Assembly (NCBI GenBank): GCA_048882485.1
Contig: JBHLRP010000003.1
Coordinates: 1-64,000 of the forward strand
Reading direction: 5' to 3'
Source of the DNA: Candidatus Thorarchaeota archaeon
Lineage (GTDB): Archaea; Asgardarchaeota; Thorarchaeia; Thorarchaeales; Thorarchaeaceae
DNA: 64,000 nucleotides
Made by a program: the position numbers and the translations under genes. The first letter of the stretch is position 1; every line of letters starts with the position of its first letter. A model generated the notes under the pieces. The model did no database searches and was not told the origin of the DNA. It worked only from the letters and a program-made list of their open reading frames with translations. Below, one piece after another: positions 46,604 to 56,550 of the stretch.

Positions 46604-48337
46604 GTGCTACAGATGGACAGCCAGACCATCCAACGATTAACGGGAGAGATTACTTACTTGAATGCAAACCACCACAAGTTGCTAGGTTTATTCATAGTCA
46701 CTCTAATGCTTTCTGGAATCATCCCATTGGCATTTATCCAGATAGCTGATGCCAAGCCTGAAATGCAATTCACTAGTTCAGAGATCACTTGGGAAACTCT
46801 TAACAGAAACATGAACGTAACAACATTCGTGGGGCCAGATGGCAGTCGCGACGAGCTCTGGCATTTTCTGAGCAGCGCTCAGGAGAGCATCTATGTTGAG
46901 ATATATGGAATTAACAACCCGTATATCCTAGATCATATCTACACCCTGAGAGATGCGAATCCATCACTTGACATCAAGGTCTTGATGGGGTGGGAGAGTC
47001 TTGGCTACATGGAACCCTATCTTCCTAATCCGTATGTGGCGTATAACCTTACACAAGAAGGTGTACCCTTTAGATGGACCAGCGATACCGAATTCACATA
47101 CGCACATCAGAAATTCGTGATTATTGACAACAAAACCACAATTGTTCATTCTGGGAACTGGGCGAAGACAAGCTTTCCTGAGGCTGGAAAGAAGGCCAAC
47201 AGGGAATGGAGCATTGCTATGACTGACGTAGAGGTTACTGCTGTCTACAGATGGGTCTTCGATTATGACTGGCAGAATGGAGTTGCTTATGATGAAGTCC
47301 GCGACGGGACTGGAAGTCCATTGTCTTATACTCAAAGCGGAAGCTCTTATCCCAGGCCATTCAGTACGCCAGGCGAATTCTCTGGTCCAATGAATGTAAC
47401 TCCAATCTTCAGCCCCGTTACAAGTCTGCAGGGCATTCTCTATTGCATAAACTCAGCTCGAGCAACACTAGATATCCAAATTGCGTACTTCACTTCTGTT
47501 GGCGATGGTGGTGAGGTCGACCAGGTCATTGACGCTATCATTGCCGCGAAGAACAGAGGTGTCACTGTTAGAGTCATAACCGAAGAAAATGCCAAGCCTG
47601 ACATCGAGGATGTTGTAATCGAGTTCGAAACACATGGGATTCCGGTAGTCTATCAATATGAAACCTGGTTCACAGCCATGCACAATAAAGGCATTATAGT
47701 TGATGGCCGTTTGGTTCTGATTAGCAGCATCAACTATAGTGATGGAAGCATTGGAGAGAATAGAGAAGCAGGAGTCATCATTGAAAATAAAGAGGTCGCT
47801 CAATGGTACCTGGATGTTTTCGATTATGACTGGAAGCTGGGAGAGATTGCCAACTCCGATGAAGTGAATCTTGATTGGAACCCTAATATTCCTGCCAGTG
47901 ACGCAGATATCACAGTCACAGTGTATGCACATATGCTGAATAATACAGGTGATGTTGAAGAAGTCAAGCTCGGAGTTAAAATCGCTGATGGTCAATGGAC
48001 CAATCATACGATTACCTCGAGTGTCTACACTACACCCCAGAACTACCAGGATACAACTGCGAATTATGACTATGTGATTCCTCAACAGGCTGATGGGACA
48101 AACATAACTGTCAAGGCTTATGTCGAGTGGACTAATGGAACGCACACGATTTGGCATGAAAGTATGGAGCGTGTGATTCGTGTTCGTGATTCGCTTGGTT
48201 CAATACCGCCTCCCACAACCACACCTCCGCCTCCACCGCCGCCTGATGGAATAGTCGCGCTGTTAGCTGAATATGGAATCTATATCATAGCTGCCGTTGC
48301 TGCATTGGTCTTGGCTGTGGTGTTCAGAAGACGCTAA
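46604..48337 (+). CDS. Secreted/membrane-anchored phospholipase D superfamily protein
   Basis: Two HKD motifs (HQKFVIID..SGN; HNKGIIVD..SIN), N-terminal TM, poly-Pro linker, C-terminal TM and RRR; start uncertain. Confidence 0.9.
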   Translation: MLQMDSQTIQRLTGEITYLNANHHKLLGLFIVTLMLSGIIPLAFIQIADAKPEMQFTSSEITWETLNRNMNVTTFVGPDGSRDELWHFLSSAQESIYVEIYGINNPYILDHIYTLRDANPSLDIKVLMGWESLGYMEPYLPNPYVAYNLTQEGVPFRWTSDTEFTYAHQKFVIIDNKTTIVHSGNWAKTSFPEAGKKANREWSIAMTDVEVTAVYRWVFDYDWQNGVAYDEVRDGTGSPLSYTQSGSSYPRPFSTPGEFSGPMNVTPIFSPVTSLQGILYCINSARATLDIQIAYFTSVGDGGEVDQVIDAIIAAKNRGVTVRVITEENAKPDIEDVVIEFETHGIPVVYQYETWFTAMHNKGIIVDGRLVLISSINYSDGSIGENREAGVIIENKEVAQWYLDVFDYDWKLGEIANSDEVNLDWNPNIPASDADITVTVYAHMLNNTGDVEEVKLGVKIADGQWTNHTITSSVYTTPQNYQDTTANYDYVIPQQADGTNITVKAYVEWTNGTHTIWHESMERVIRVRDSLGSIPPPTTTPPPPPPPDGIVALLAEYGIYIIAAVAALVLAVVFRRR

Positions 48338-48403
48338 AATCTGCCTAGAACTGGTCTCTGCGCTCTGCTTCTAGCAGGGAGCGAGGCCATGTTCCCATCC
48401 TTT

Positions 48404-48982
48404 TCATGAATTCTCTGCAAATTCTGCGAATTTATAGCAGCTCTCGGCATCCTGAGTTTCCCCACGCTTCTCATGGAGAGCTCCTGCTATTCTATATGCG
48501 CGAGCAACCTCAGACCACTTCTCCTGAGCATCAAGGCATAGCGCAAGTGCCTTCCAAGTCTTTGGATTTTCTGAGTCGTACTTGATTGATTCATTATATG
48601 CTGCAATAGCATCGTCGATTCTCATTACGCTTTCAAGAGCCCGGGCTTTCTTCGCCCAGAGATCCGGGTCCTCTGGTGCCTCTGCAAGTCCTTTTTCTGC
48701 CGCAGCCAAGGCTTCTTGAAACTCACTCAGAGTCAGAAATGCCTCCGCCTTGTGGCTATACGCTCTAGGGTCGCTGGGATCAATAGAGATCGCAAGATCA
48801 AAGGCGTTTAACGCGAATGTCTGTTCTCCTATGAGAATATGGACGAGGCCCATCTCATTCAACGCATCGAGGTTAGAATTATCCAGTTCCATTACCTGTC
48901 TGTACACATCCAGTGCTTTCTGATATTCTCCTTGCTGACGCAACGCTCTGGCGTTGTCAAGGAGTTCCGCACTAGATGACAT
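48404..48982 (-). CDS. TPR protein
   Basis: Tandem TPR consensus; GAAGGTG SD. Confidence 0.88.
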   Translation of the reverse strand: MSSSAELLDNARALRQQGEYQKALDVYRQVMELDNSNLDALNEMGLVHILIGEQTFALNAFDLAISIDPSDPRAYSHKAEAFLTLSEFQEALAAAEKGLAEAPEDPDLWAKKARALESVMRIDDAIAAYNESIKYDSENPKTWKALALCLDAQEKWSEVARAYRIAGALHEKRGETQDAESCYKFAEFAENS

Positions 48983-49128
48983 ACACCTTCTCCCGAATCT
49001 TCATGTTTTAATGCTATTTCCTGTGGACAACGAAGAGCCTGAAAAACCTCGAATCCTGGACTCACAAACAACAACTGTTTTAACCCACACGCAACCACGA
49101 CAGTCTACTCAACCTGTGAGGGAGCAAA

Positions 49129-49695
49129 ATGCCAAGTGAAGAGTTCGATTCCGAGGATGAGTACGATGAGTTTGAGGATGAAGACGACGAGTCCTATGAT
49201 GATGAGGACGATGAGTACTATGAAGATGAAGAGGACTTTCCTGAAGAAGTAGAACAAGCCTTCATACAGCAGCGCGAGTCTCGTTTCACTGGCTTCTTGG
49301 AGGATCCTTGGCCAAAGACTGCATTCATTCTGATTCTTGTCGGCTTTGGCATCATTCTTCCGTGGCCTGAGGCTATCTGGTTCACATGGTTGTATCACAT
49401 AATTGCTCTATACGGGCTTAGCATATTGGGCCTTGTAGCAATTATCTACTCGCTGAAGGCATGGATAACCTCTAGCACTAGAATTCGCTTCATAGGTATG
49501 CTATTCATCATAATCTCTATTGTAAGTCTGGTCGTTGGGTTCATTGACACTATTGCATGGGCATTAACTGGCTATTCATTCATTCCTGTCCTCCAAACAC
49601 CCCTGGTTGTCCTATTCATCGTGGTTGAGGTCTTTCTGATCTACACATTGTGGATTATGCGTAGTCAGTTTATGGCACCCGAAGCTGAGGATTAG
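49129..49695 (+). CDS. Four-TM membrane protein with highly acidic N-terminal tail
   Basis: About 40-aa D/E/Y/F tail, then 4 hydrophobic helices; GAGGGAG SD. Confidence 0.8.
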   Translation: MPSEEFDSEDEYDEFEDEDDESYDDEDDEYYEDEEDFPEEVEQAFIQQRESRFTGFLEDPWPKTAFILILVGFGIILPWPEAIWFTWLYHIIALYGLSILGLVAIIYSLKAWITSSTRIRFIGMLFIIISIVSLVVGFIDTIAWALTGYSFIPVLQTPLVVLFIVVEVFLIYTLWIMRSQFMAPEAED

Positions 49696-49705
49696 GTGTT
49701 GTAGA

Positions 49706-50077
49706 GTGAGCCAAGACGAGCGCTCACTAGAATACCTAATCTTGCGAATACGTGAATTCGTCGAAGAACGCGGATGGGAGAAGTACCAGAAGCCAGGGTC
49801 ACTGGCTGTTTCAGCATCAATAGAAACAGGAGAATTGCTGGAACTCTTCCAATGGCTCAATGATGAAGAGATTGACCAATACCTCAAAGACGAACACTAT
49901 CGGTCTAGGCTTGCTTCGGAGATAGCAGATGTCATGATTTACATACTGAGGCTGGCAGATGTTACAGGAATCAATCCTTTTGATGCCATTCTCAATAAGA
50001 TGAAAGAAAATGAGAAGAAATATCCGTCAGATGAATGGCATTCACGAATCCCGAGTAAGACTAGGGAACCTCGGTAA
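49706..50077 (+). CDS. MazG-like NTP pyrophosphohydrolase (dCTPase family)
   Basis: F..ERGW, IETGELLELFQW, EIADV.IY...L, KYP. Confidence 0.92.
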   Translation: MSQDERSLEYLILRIREFVEERGWEKYQKPGSLAVSASIETGELLELFQWLNDEEIDQYLKDEHYRSRLASEIADVMIYILRLADVTGINPFDAILNKMKENEKKYPSDEWHSRIPSKTREPR

Positions 50078-50876
50078 GTCGTTTGTAGAGGTCTGGGCGT
50101 CTATCAGCGATTGCGTCATTACGTGCAGTCATTGTCTTATCGTCTGCTTCGATGAGGGCCAAATCTGCCCATTGGAGATCACTGACTCCTTCACCTATAC
50201 GAAGAAGGACTTCCCCTCCTGGCGTTGTTATCTGCGAGCCGCCAACGAAATGCACATCTCGTTCCTCGCCGGTCCTACCTGAAGTGGCTGTAAATACGCG
50301 GTTCTCAATTGACCTTGTGATCATCGCATCTGGACAGAACGGGAGGACAAGATTTGCTGGATGCAGGATAATCTGAGCCCTTTTGATTGCTAATATCCTG
50401 GAAATCTCAGGGAATGCCCAATCAAAACATATCATTATTCCAAAACGATATCCATTATGTTCAATTACTGGGGGCTCTTCATTTCCAGGAAGAAACCATT
50501 CCTTCTCTTTATCGAATAGCTGAATCTTGCGATAAGTAGTGAGATGCTTTCCGGCGCCAAAGATTGCCGCAGAGTTGTAGAGATCGCCCTCCGCTCTCTC
50601 GCATAATCCCGCGGTGACTAGCCCTCCTCTGTTCGACCATTTCAATAGATGTCTTGAGAAATCTCCCTCTGGAATTGTTTCTGAGAGAGCGTATGCTTCT
50701 TCGCGACTGTCGAAGACATAGCCGGAGTTTGCTAGTTCGGGAAGGACAAGAACATCGACCTGGTTGTCGGATGAAGAATCAAGAATATCATTCATCTTGG
50801 TCAGATTACCTTCTAAGTCGCCAATGATAGGCTCTATCTGACCAACAGCTACTCTGACTGACACAGTGGCACCCAA
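50061..50876 (-). CDS. Carbon-nitrogen hydrolase (nitrilase family)
   Basis: LPEL, YRK, ICFD catalytic triad; RSIENRV. Confidence 0.92.
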   Translation of the reverse strand: MGATVSVRVAVGQIEPIIGDLEGNLTKMNDILDSSSDNQVDVLVLPELANSGYVFDSREEAYALSETIPEGDFSRHLLKWSNRGGLVTAGLCERAEGDLYNSAAIFGAGKHLTTYRKIQLFDKEKEWFLPGNEEPPVIEHNGYRFGIMICFDWAFPEISRILAIKRAQIILHPANLVLPFCPDAMITRSIENRVFTATSGRTGEERDVHFVGGSQITTPGGEVLLRIGEGVSDLQWADLALIEADDKTMTARNDAIADRRPDLYKRLTEVP

Positions 50877-50973
50877 TTTCTCATGTCAAGTCATAGGCTA
50901 TCACTGCTTCGGTAGGGTCCGCCAGCAAGCCTTTTTTCATCTGAGCTACTATACTAATGCAAAGGTGAACTCA

Positions 50974-51054
50974 GTGTTCTTCGATGATGATGATTGGTAC
51001 GACGCCGAAGAGGACTGGGAAGACGATGAATGGGAAGACGATGACGATTGGTAG
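50974..51054 (+). CDS. Acidic Trp-rich micropeptide, 26 aa (MFFDDDDWYDAEEDWEDDEWEDDDDW)
   Basis: AAGGTGA SD before GTG 50974; TAG 51052-54; codon-periodic GAY/GAR/TGG bias; downstream hairpin. Confidence 0.7.
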   Translation: MFFDDDDWYDAEEDWEDDEWEDDDDW

Positions 51055-51091
51055 TATCCATATTATCTGCCTTTCATCGTCCGTAGTAGAC

Positions 51092-51124
51092 TAGGGGTGC
51101 GGGTCTGAAAGGACTCGCTCCCTA
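51092..51124. terminator. GAAA-loop hairpin between convergent genes
   Basis: agggg.gcgggtct-gaaa-ggactcgc.tccct. Confidence 0.55.
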
Positions 51125-51133
51125 TGCTTGCTT

Positions 51134-51994
51134 TTAGAAGAGGCCGCCTTTCATTTTGGTCTGGCAATCACAACCTGCATCCGTTGGGATATTGTCAATC
51201 ATCTCAAAGGTGAGCTTCCTCACGCGATCAACGTTGTCAGCCATAGTTTTCAATACAGCCTCGTGTGTGACAACTTCTTCCCCATGGACATCATAGTCAG
51301 TCGGCATACTCACATTAACAAAACATATCCCTGCTTCCATCGCGAGGGCTGCTTCTGGGTATGCGGTCATTCCAATGACCTCCCAGCCCTGATTGTGATA
51401 GAACATTGACTCGGCTCTAGTGGAGAATCTAGGTCCATTGATGCATACATATGTTCCCTTGTCATGAATCTTATACTTCAGCTTACCAGCGGTTTCTACG
51501 GCAACCTTGCGAAGTTCGGGACAGAAGGGTTCCGCAAATGGAAGGTGTGCGATAGGCCCTCCCTCGAAGAACGTGTCTTTCCTTCTTCCGAAGGTTCTAT
51601 CAAAGATTGAGTCGGCAATCACGAATTCGCCAAGTTTGACCTTATCTGGTTGCAGGCTCCCACAAGCGGCAGGACTGATGATTCTTGTGACGCCAAGAGA
51701 TTTGAGGCCCCAAATATTGGCTCGATAGTTGATGGCATGAGGCGGAATTGTGTGACCTCTACCGTGTCGTGCTAGAAACACAAAGGAACGGCCCTTTGCC
51801 TTTCCAACGATATAGTTGTCCGAGGCCTCACCATATGGAGTGAACACCTTGATCTCCATAGGGTTCTCTATGACTGTAGGATCATAATTGCCACTACCCC
51901 CAAACATGCCAATCTCAATCGGGAGCAAGTTCTCTATTTCTTCCTTCTGAGTACGGTCTATTGGGACAAATTCAAGCTTCGCTTCGAATGCCAT
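51134..51994 (-). CDS. mtnP: S-methyl-5'-thioadenosine phosphorylase
   Basis: GGSG, TPYG, LARHG..H.IPPH.INYRANIW, GPRFSTRAE, IGMT..PE, TDYD, C-terminal CxC. Confidence 0.93.
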   Translation of the reverse strand: MAFEAKLEFVPIDRTQKEEIENLLPIEIGMFGGSGNYDPTVIENPMEIKVFTPYGEASDNYIVGKAKGRSFVFLARHGRGHTIPPHAINYRANIWGLKSLGVTRIISPAACGSLQPDKVKLGEFVIADSIFDRTFGRRKDTFFEGGPIAHLPFAEPFCPELRKVAVETAGKLKYKIHDKGTYVCINGPRFSTRAESMFYHNQGWEVIGMTAYPEAALAMEAGICFVNVSMPTDYDVHGEEVVTHEAVLKTMADNVDRVRKLTFEMIDNIPTDAGCDCQTKMKGGLF

Positions 51995-51998
51995 TATT

Positions 51999-52682
51999 TC
52001 ACTCCTCCTTCAGTTTCCAGACCTTATCAAGAGGATAGACAATCCTACCTAGGAAACCAAGATGCGCCTTGATTTTGGACAATTGATCATCTGATAGAAC
52101 CACATTGTTGTACTCTCTAAGATGCTTCTTCAGCTGCGCAGTGGTCATCTCCTTGACATCTTCGCCCTCAAAAATCTTTGAAATTAATGACGAAACGTCT
52201 TCATAGAAGTTCCAAGGCCAAATTTCCCACGCCCATGTTATCTCTACACCATAGTAATCCGGAATAAACTTGGAACCATCAATGTGCATTAGAGCTGCTG
52301 TCTTTACATCTGCAGGATTACCCGCTTCTTTGATGTGGTTCACAGCCATAGTAAGGCTTTGGCCGGTATCCGTGATATCATCAACAACGAGGACTCTCTT
52401 TCCTTCAACGCTACCAACCAGAGGGACTGAGAGCTTTGCATGCCCATCTTTAGTTGCTGTGACTCCCCAGTGGTCGACCTTCACACTAAAGAGGTCCTTG
52501 ATTCCCAAGAGGTCACACTGAATCCTCGCGTGAACCCATCCACCACGAGCAATGCCAACCACAGCATCTGGGCGCCAGCCAGACTCCTTTATCTTCAGAG
52601 CAGTCTGATAGGCATAGCTATAGATATCATCCCAATCCAGAATATAACATAATGGGCCCTTGAGTTCCATGGTAATCACCAA
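51999..52682 (-). CDS. Purine (hypoxanthine/guanine/xanthine) phosphoribosyltransferase, archaeal type
   Basis: IARGG, VLVVDDITDTGQSL, PDYY, W..WPW; operon with mtnP. Confidence 0.88.
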   Translation of the reverse strand: MVITMELKGPLCYILDWDDIYSYAYQTALKIKESGWRPDAVVGIARGGWVHARIQCDLLGIKDLFSVKVDHWGVTATKDGHAKLSVPLVGSVEGKRVLVVDDITDTGQSLTMAVNHIKEAGNPADVKTAALMHIDGSKFIPDYYGVEITWAWEIWPWNFYEDVSSLISKIFEGEDVKEMTTAQLKKHLREYNNVVLSDDQLSKIKAHLGFLGRIVYPLDKVWKLKEE

Positions 52683-52792
52683 CCAGTCATTCGGCCTACC
52701 GATATATGATAAAAGTATGCCCCTTCCAAGATTCGCTATTGACTCGGCTATCTTGGAGTGACCTTTATCTGTTCGGCATTGATTTCCATCAT

Positions 52793-53353
52793 ATGTATGA
52801 TGGTACTCCCGTTACTTTGAGAGCCTTAGAGATGTCTGATCTTGATGCAATCGAGGAGCACTGGAACAGCTGGGAGCTTAGAAGAACCATTGGAGTTCCA
52901 CTTCCAGGTTCTAGACGCGAATGGCTTGAGTTTGCGACCAAGGCTAATCCCTGGAAAGATGGCGAGCTACACCTAGCCATCGTCGAGAAGAAGACGGCCA
53001 AATTCCTAGGCACAATTGGCCTCAGAGACATAGCCTTCCCTCATCGAAGAGCTGAGTTTGGAATTTCCATTCACAATCCTAGGAACCGCTCTAGGGGCTA
53101 TGGAACGGATGCAACGCGATTGATGCTCTGGATTGGATTCCACCTTCTTGGGCTAGAGAGCATCTACTTGGACACTTTCCCGGATAATATGGAAGCCCAT
53201 CGTGCATATGTGAAGGCAGGCTTTAAGGAGGTTGGTTTCTTGAGAAATACGGAATTTCGCGAGGGCAAGTATGGCGATCTTCTAATCATGGACATAACTC
53301 GGGAGGAGTTTTTCAAAGCCTACCCGCCCGGTACTTTCATTGCTGATACTTGA
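52793..53353 (+). CDS. GNAT N-acetyltransferase (RimJ/RimL family)
   Basis: LRALE..D, AEFGI.I....RSRGYGTDA, N..A...Y.KAGFKEVG; start uncertain (ORF track starts at 52706). Confidence 0.88.
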   Translation: MYDGTPVTLRALEMSDLDAIEEHWNSWELRRTIGVPLPGSRREWLEFATKANPWKDGELHLAIVEKKTAKFLGTIGLRDIAFPHRRAEFGISIHNPRNRSRGYGTDATRLMLWIGFHLLGLESIYLDTFPDNMEAHRAYVKAGFKEVGFLRNTEFREGKYGDLLIMDITREEFFKAYPPGTFIADT

Positions 53354-53354
53354 T

Positions 53355-54212
53355 TCAATTCTCTGATTTCATTACCTGGCAACATAGGCTAAGCGAATCA
53401 ACAATAGCGGGAGAGTAGCTCACTTCAAAGTAGAGAATATCACCTTCTGAAACACTCACTGGATCATTCAGCGGAAGAAGGAGATCTCTCCAGCCGTCCT
53501 CCATTGTCAATATTATATCTTCAATGAGCGGAGCTTCAAACATGCCGACGAGTCCATGAACGACACCATCCTTTAGAGCCACGAATTCAAGCTTCTTGTC
53601 TACTTTCCAGTCACTCTGATGGAGCTGAAAGTCGAACTCCTCCAGTACAGTGAGATTAGCAAGGTCTCGCGAAGGATCCCTCTCCATCGTCTGAGGGACT
53701 TTGGGAAATCTGAAGCCAGAGCTCTGGAATCTGTCCCAAATATCAGAGCACTGTATGGGCGTCACATAAACAGTCGCACTTCGTGGAAGGAGAATGCCCC
53801 GCTCCCTCAAGATATTCTGAACCGCCCACTGGCTAGCAGGTATTTGCGGCTCAACAAGCATTACTGAAGAGAGCATCTCGCATGTGACAATGTCTGCTCG
53901 TTTCTCTGGCTTGAAATCCCCGTAATGGCATCTGACTACCTCGACAATGTCGTCTAACCCATTTTGTTTGACGGCTTGTTTGGCATATTCTACTGAGAAT
54001 CTATCCATCTCTACAGCAGTGACTTTCCGAGCACCAGCCCTAGCCGCCAACATGGCCAAAATTCCAGTCCCTGTGCCAAGATCCACAACATACGAATCTT
54101 CCGTGACAGTCCGCTGGAGGGCTTGCTCGAACTTGGAGAGCCTCGACTGCTGACTCAAGAGTCCAGCAGCATGCAATATTGAGAATGGCGTGGAAATTTC
54201 ATGTTCGTCCAT
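53355..54212 (-). CDS. SAM-dependent methyltransferase with PRMT-like architecture
   Basis: VVDLGTGTGILAM.AARAGA.KV.AVE, DIVTCEMLSSVMLVE double-E-like loop, C-terminal HGLVGMFE...W...LLPL..P..V..GD; likely start 54212. Confidence 0.8.
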   Translation of the reverse strand: MDEHEISTPFSILHAAGLLSQQSRLSKFEQALQRTVTEDSYVVDLGTGTGILAMLAARAGARKVTAVEMDRFSVEYAKQAVKQNGLDDIVEVVRCHYGDFKPEKRADIVTCEMLSSVMLVEPQIPASQWAVQNILRERGILLPRSATVYVTPIQCSDIWDRFQSSGFRFPKVPQTMERDPSRDLANLTVLEEFDFQLHQSDWKVDKKLEFVALKDGVVHGLVGMFEAPLIEDIILTMEDGWRDLLLPLNDPVSVSEGDILYFEVSYSPAIVDSLSLCCQVMKSEN

Positions 54213-54307
54213 CGTCAAATTGCCATATCCAGAGGTTCTTATAATATGATATGAGCCACTGCGAATGTTAGAGCGCATTGCCAAACTTGATCGGTGATCA
54301 TGAATTG

Positions 54308-55468
54308 ATGGATGAAAGTATAAAGCTCGCATTGGACGCCCTAGAGGAAGGACGGCCAAACGATGCCATCACTATACTGGAACCATTGATTGATGAATCT
54401 CTTGATAATGAAGCGGATATTCTCATGTATCTCGGTATCGCATATGTTCAGACCGAGCAACCACGCAAAGCAGTGGAAGTACTTGAAAGGGCTGAAGATC
54501 TTGTTGAAGAACACTGCGTCCTCTCAATGTTTCTGGGTCGCGCTTACCGTGCACTTGCAAGGTTTGACGACGCTGAAGACGAGCTAAGTCGCTCAATCTC
54601 TCTTGATCCAGAAACCCCTGAGCCCTATGCCGACCTTGGTTGGGTTCTTCTTAAGAAAGGCGAATATGCCAGGACTGTCAAGACATTGGCTTCAGCCTGT
54701 GAAACTTTCCCTGAGGACCTCGATATCCGAGCAATTTATGCGCTTTCGCTATACAGATTGGGCGACTTCACAGCTGCCGCGGAACAATGGGCGATGATGC
54801 ATCGCCAAGAACCGGAGTTCATGTCAGCAATCTCGAACTACGCTTTCCTCATGCTCACTCTGGGTCGTTCCTATGAAGCGGCTCCGTTTGTTGGACGAGC
54901 GAATATGCTGGCGCCAGATGACTATAGATCCTTGATACTCTTAGGAGAATTACGATTCCAGTCAGGTGAACACGAGGGTGCCAGGGAATGTTTCCAGAAG
55001 GTCTTGGAGCAAGATCCGGAGAATGTGGAGGCATTGTCGCGCCTAGCAATTCTTTACAATCATTTGCTCGATAGGACTTCTTGCAACGACCATTTGGAAC
55101 GAGCGAAATCTCTAGTCGGAGGCACTCCGGAGGGTTGGCGCAGCTTATGTTATGCGTTGTCTATGATTGGGCGTGATGAAGACTTCATCAATTGCCTAAT
55201 AGAATGGACACGACTGGATCCTACTTCTGCAACTCCATGGGTTGCTCTCGCAAAGCATTATGACCGAATAGGTTTACTAGAGTATTCTAGAAATGCTTGG
55301 CGAGTTTCCTTTGAATTGCGAGAATACGTTAAGATTCTATGCAACTCATGTGGCAATGAAGTCCGCCATCCCTATGATTCGACCGTGGGATTTGATATCT
55401 ATGCAATAAAGATTTGTCAGAGATGTGGTGAAACCATTCCAATGCCAGCTGGCTTAGCAGAGTTCTAG
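54308..55468 (+). CDS. TPR protein with C-terminal zinc ribbon
   Basis: About 8 TPRs; CNSCG...CQRCG; GGTGA SD. Confidence 0.88.
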   Translation: MDESIKLALDALEEGRPNDAITILEPLIDESLDNEADILMYLGIAYVQTEQPRKAVEVLERAEDLVEEHCVLSMFLGRAYRALARFDDAEDELSRSISLDPETPEPYADLGWVLLKKGEYARTVKTLASACETFPEDLDIRAIYALSLYRLGDFTAAAEQWAMMHRQEPEFMSAISNYAFLMLTLGRSYEAAPFVGRANMLAPDDYRSLILLGELRFQSGEHEGARECFQKVLEQDPENVEALSRLAILYNHLLDRTSCNDHLERAKSLVGGTPEGWRSLCYALSMIGRDEDFINCLIEWTRLDPTSATPWVALAKHYDRIGLLEYSRNAWRVSFELREYVKILCNSCGNEVRHPYDSTVGFDIYAIKICQRCGETIPMPAGLAEF

Positions 55469-55486
55469 AATACTCGGATAAATGAG

Positions 55487-55948
55487 GTGTCGATTCTGGC
55501 TAGTCGTCGCTATCCAAAGTTTCCTATTCCTGGTGTGGCTGGGATTGTGGCTGGACCTGAGGGAATACTCCTGGTAGTAAGAGATAAAGAGCCTGCAAAA
55601 GGGCGTCTTAGTTTTCCAGGCGGAGGAGTTGATGTGGGTGAGACTCAGGAAGAAGCCATTGTAAGAGAGGTGCGAGAGGAAACAGGAGTAGAATGCGAAG
55701 TAATCAAGTTCGTAACTACTTCTGATTTAATCATCCCTGACAATGAAGGTGCAATCGAGTTCCACTTTATTCTCAACCATTATCTCTGCCGAGCATTATC
55801 TTTCGAACTGCGAGCAGAGAGTCCTGACGCTCAGCCTATTTGGATTGAGCCATCGAGACTTCGCGAATTCGATATACCTCCTCGAGTTCTTGAGATATTG
55901 TTTGACAATGTCGATGACATCGCATTAATCATGGCACAAAAGGAGTGA
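55487..55948 (+). CDS. Nudix hydrolase (ADP-ribose pyrophosphatase-like)
   Basis: Nudix box GGGVDVGETQEEAIVREVREETG. Confidence 0.93.
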   Translation: MSILASRRYPKFPIPGVAGIVAGPEGILLVVRDKEPAKGRLSFPGGGVDVGETQEEAIVREVREETGVECEVIKFVTTSDLIIPDNEGAIEFHFILNHYLCRALSFELRAESPDAQPIWIEPSRLREFDIPPRVLEILFDNVDDIALIMAQKE

Positions 55949-56050
55949 GTCTGGCACTTTTCGTTGTAAGCAGCATTTGTCTTTGTCCATGAAATATAAA
56001 AGCATAGATGCGCCACGCTAGATGTACCTATTACTTCACCCACATAGGAC

Positions 56051-56524
56051 GTGTTATCGACAATGTTCAGAACTATTATGGCGCTTGTGATTGCGCTAGT
56101 CGTTGCTATCGTAATTGGTGTATTTCAGATTCTTGGTTTGACAATTGCAGACCTACAGGCAATTATCGGATCCACAGATCTCACTGATATCGTGGCATAC
56201 CAAGGCGGAGTCCTTTTCGGACAGCTCATCTTTCCATACACTTTTGCAATTAGCGGCATCTATACACCGCTTGTTGCTCTCGGAGTCGCTGGATTCATTG
56301 CCGGGCTGATTTCAAAGAGCGGCGTGAGAATGCTCTTTGTATCTCTAATTGCAATCGGTCTATTCTTTGTCGGATATGTAGTTCTCACCATGGGATATTC
56401 TGTAAACGACGTAGATGCCATGGCTACATTGGCACAGAACATAGCAATCGACCTTGGTGTATCATTCGCACTCCTTTTCGTACCAGGCATTATTGGAGCT
56501 TCACTCACCGCTGAGGAATACTAG
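56051..56524 (+). CDS. Multi-pass membrane protein
   Basis: 4-5 hydrophobic helices with GxxxG (GFIAGL, GIIGA). Confidence 0.8.
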   Translation: MLSTMFRTIMALVIALVVAIVIGVFQILGLTIADLQAIIGSTDLTDIVAYQGGVLFGQLIFPYTFAISGIYTPLVALGVAGFIAGLISKSGVRMLFVSLIAIGLFFVGYVVLTMGYSVNDVDAMATLAQNIAIDLGVSFALLFVPGIIGASLTAEEY

Positions 56525-56550
56525 TTCCAGCAATCGCTCCAGAGGGGGTC

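Noticed and set aside
47468-48157. 229-aa - strand ORF
   Set aside because: Antisense shadow of the PLD gene
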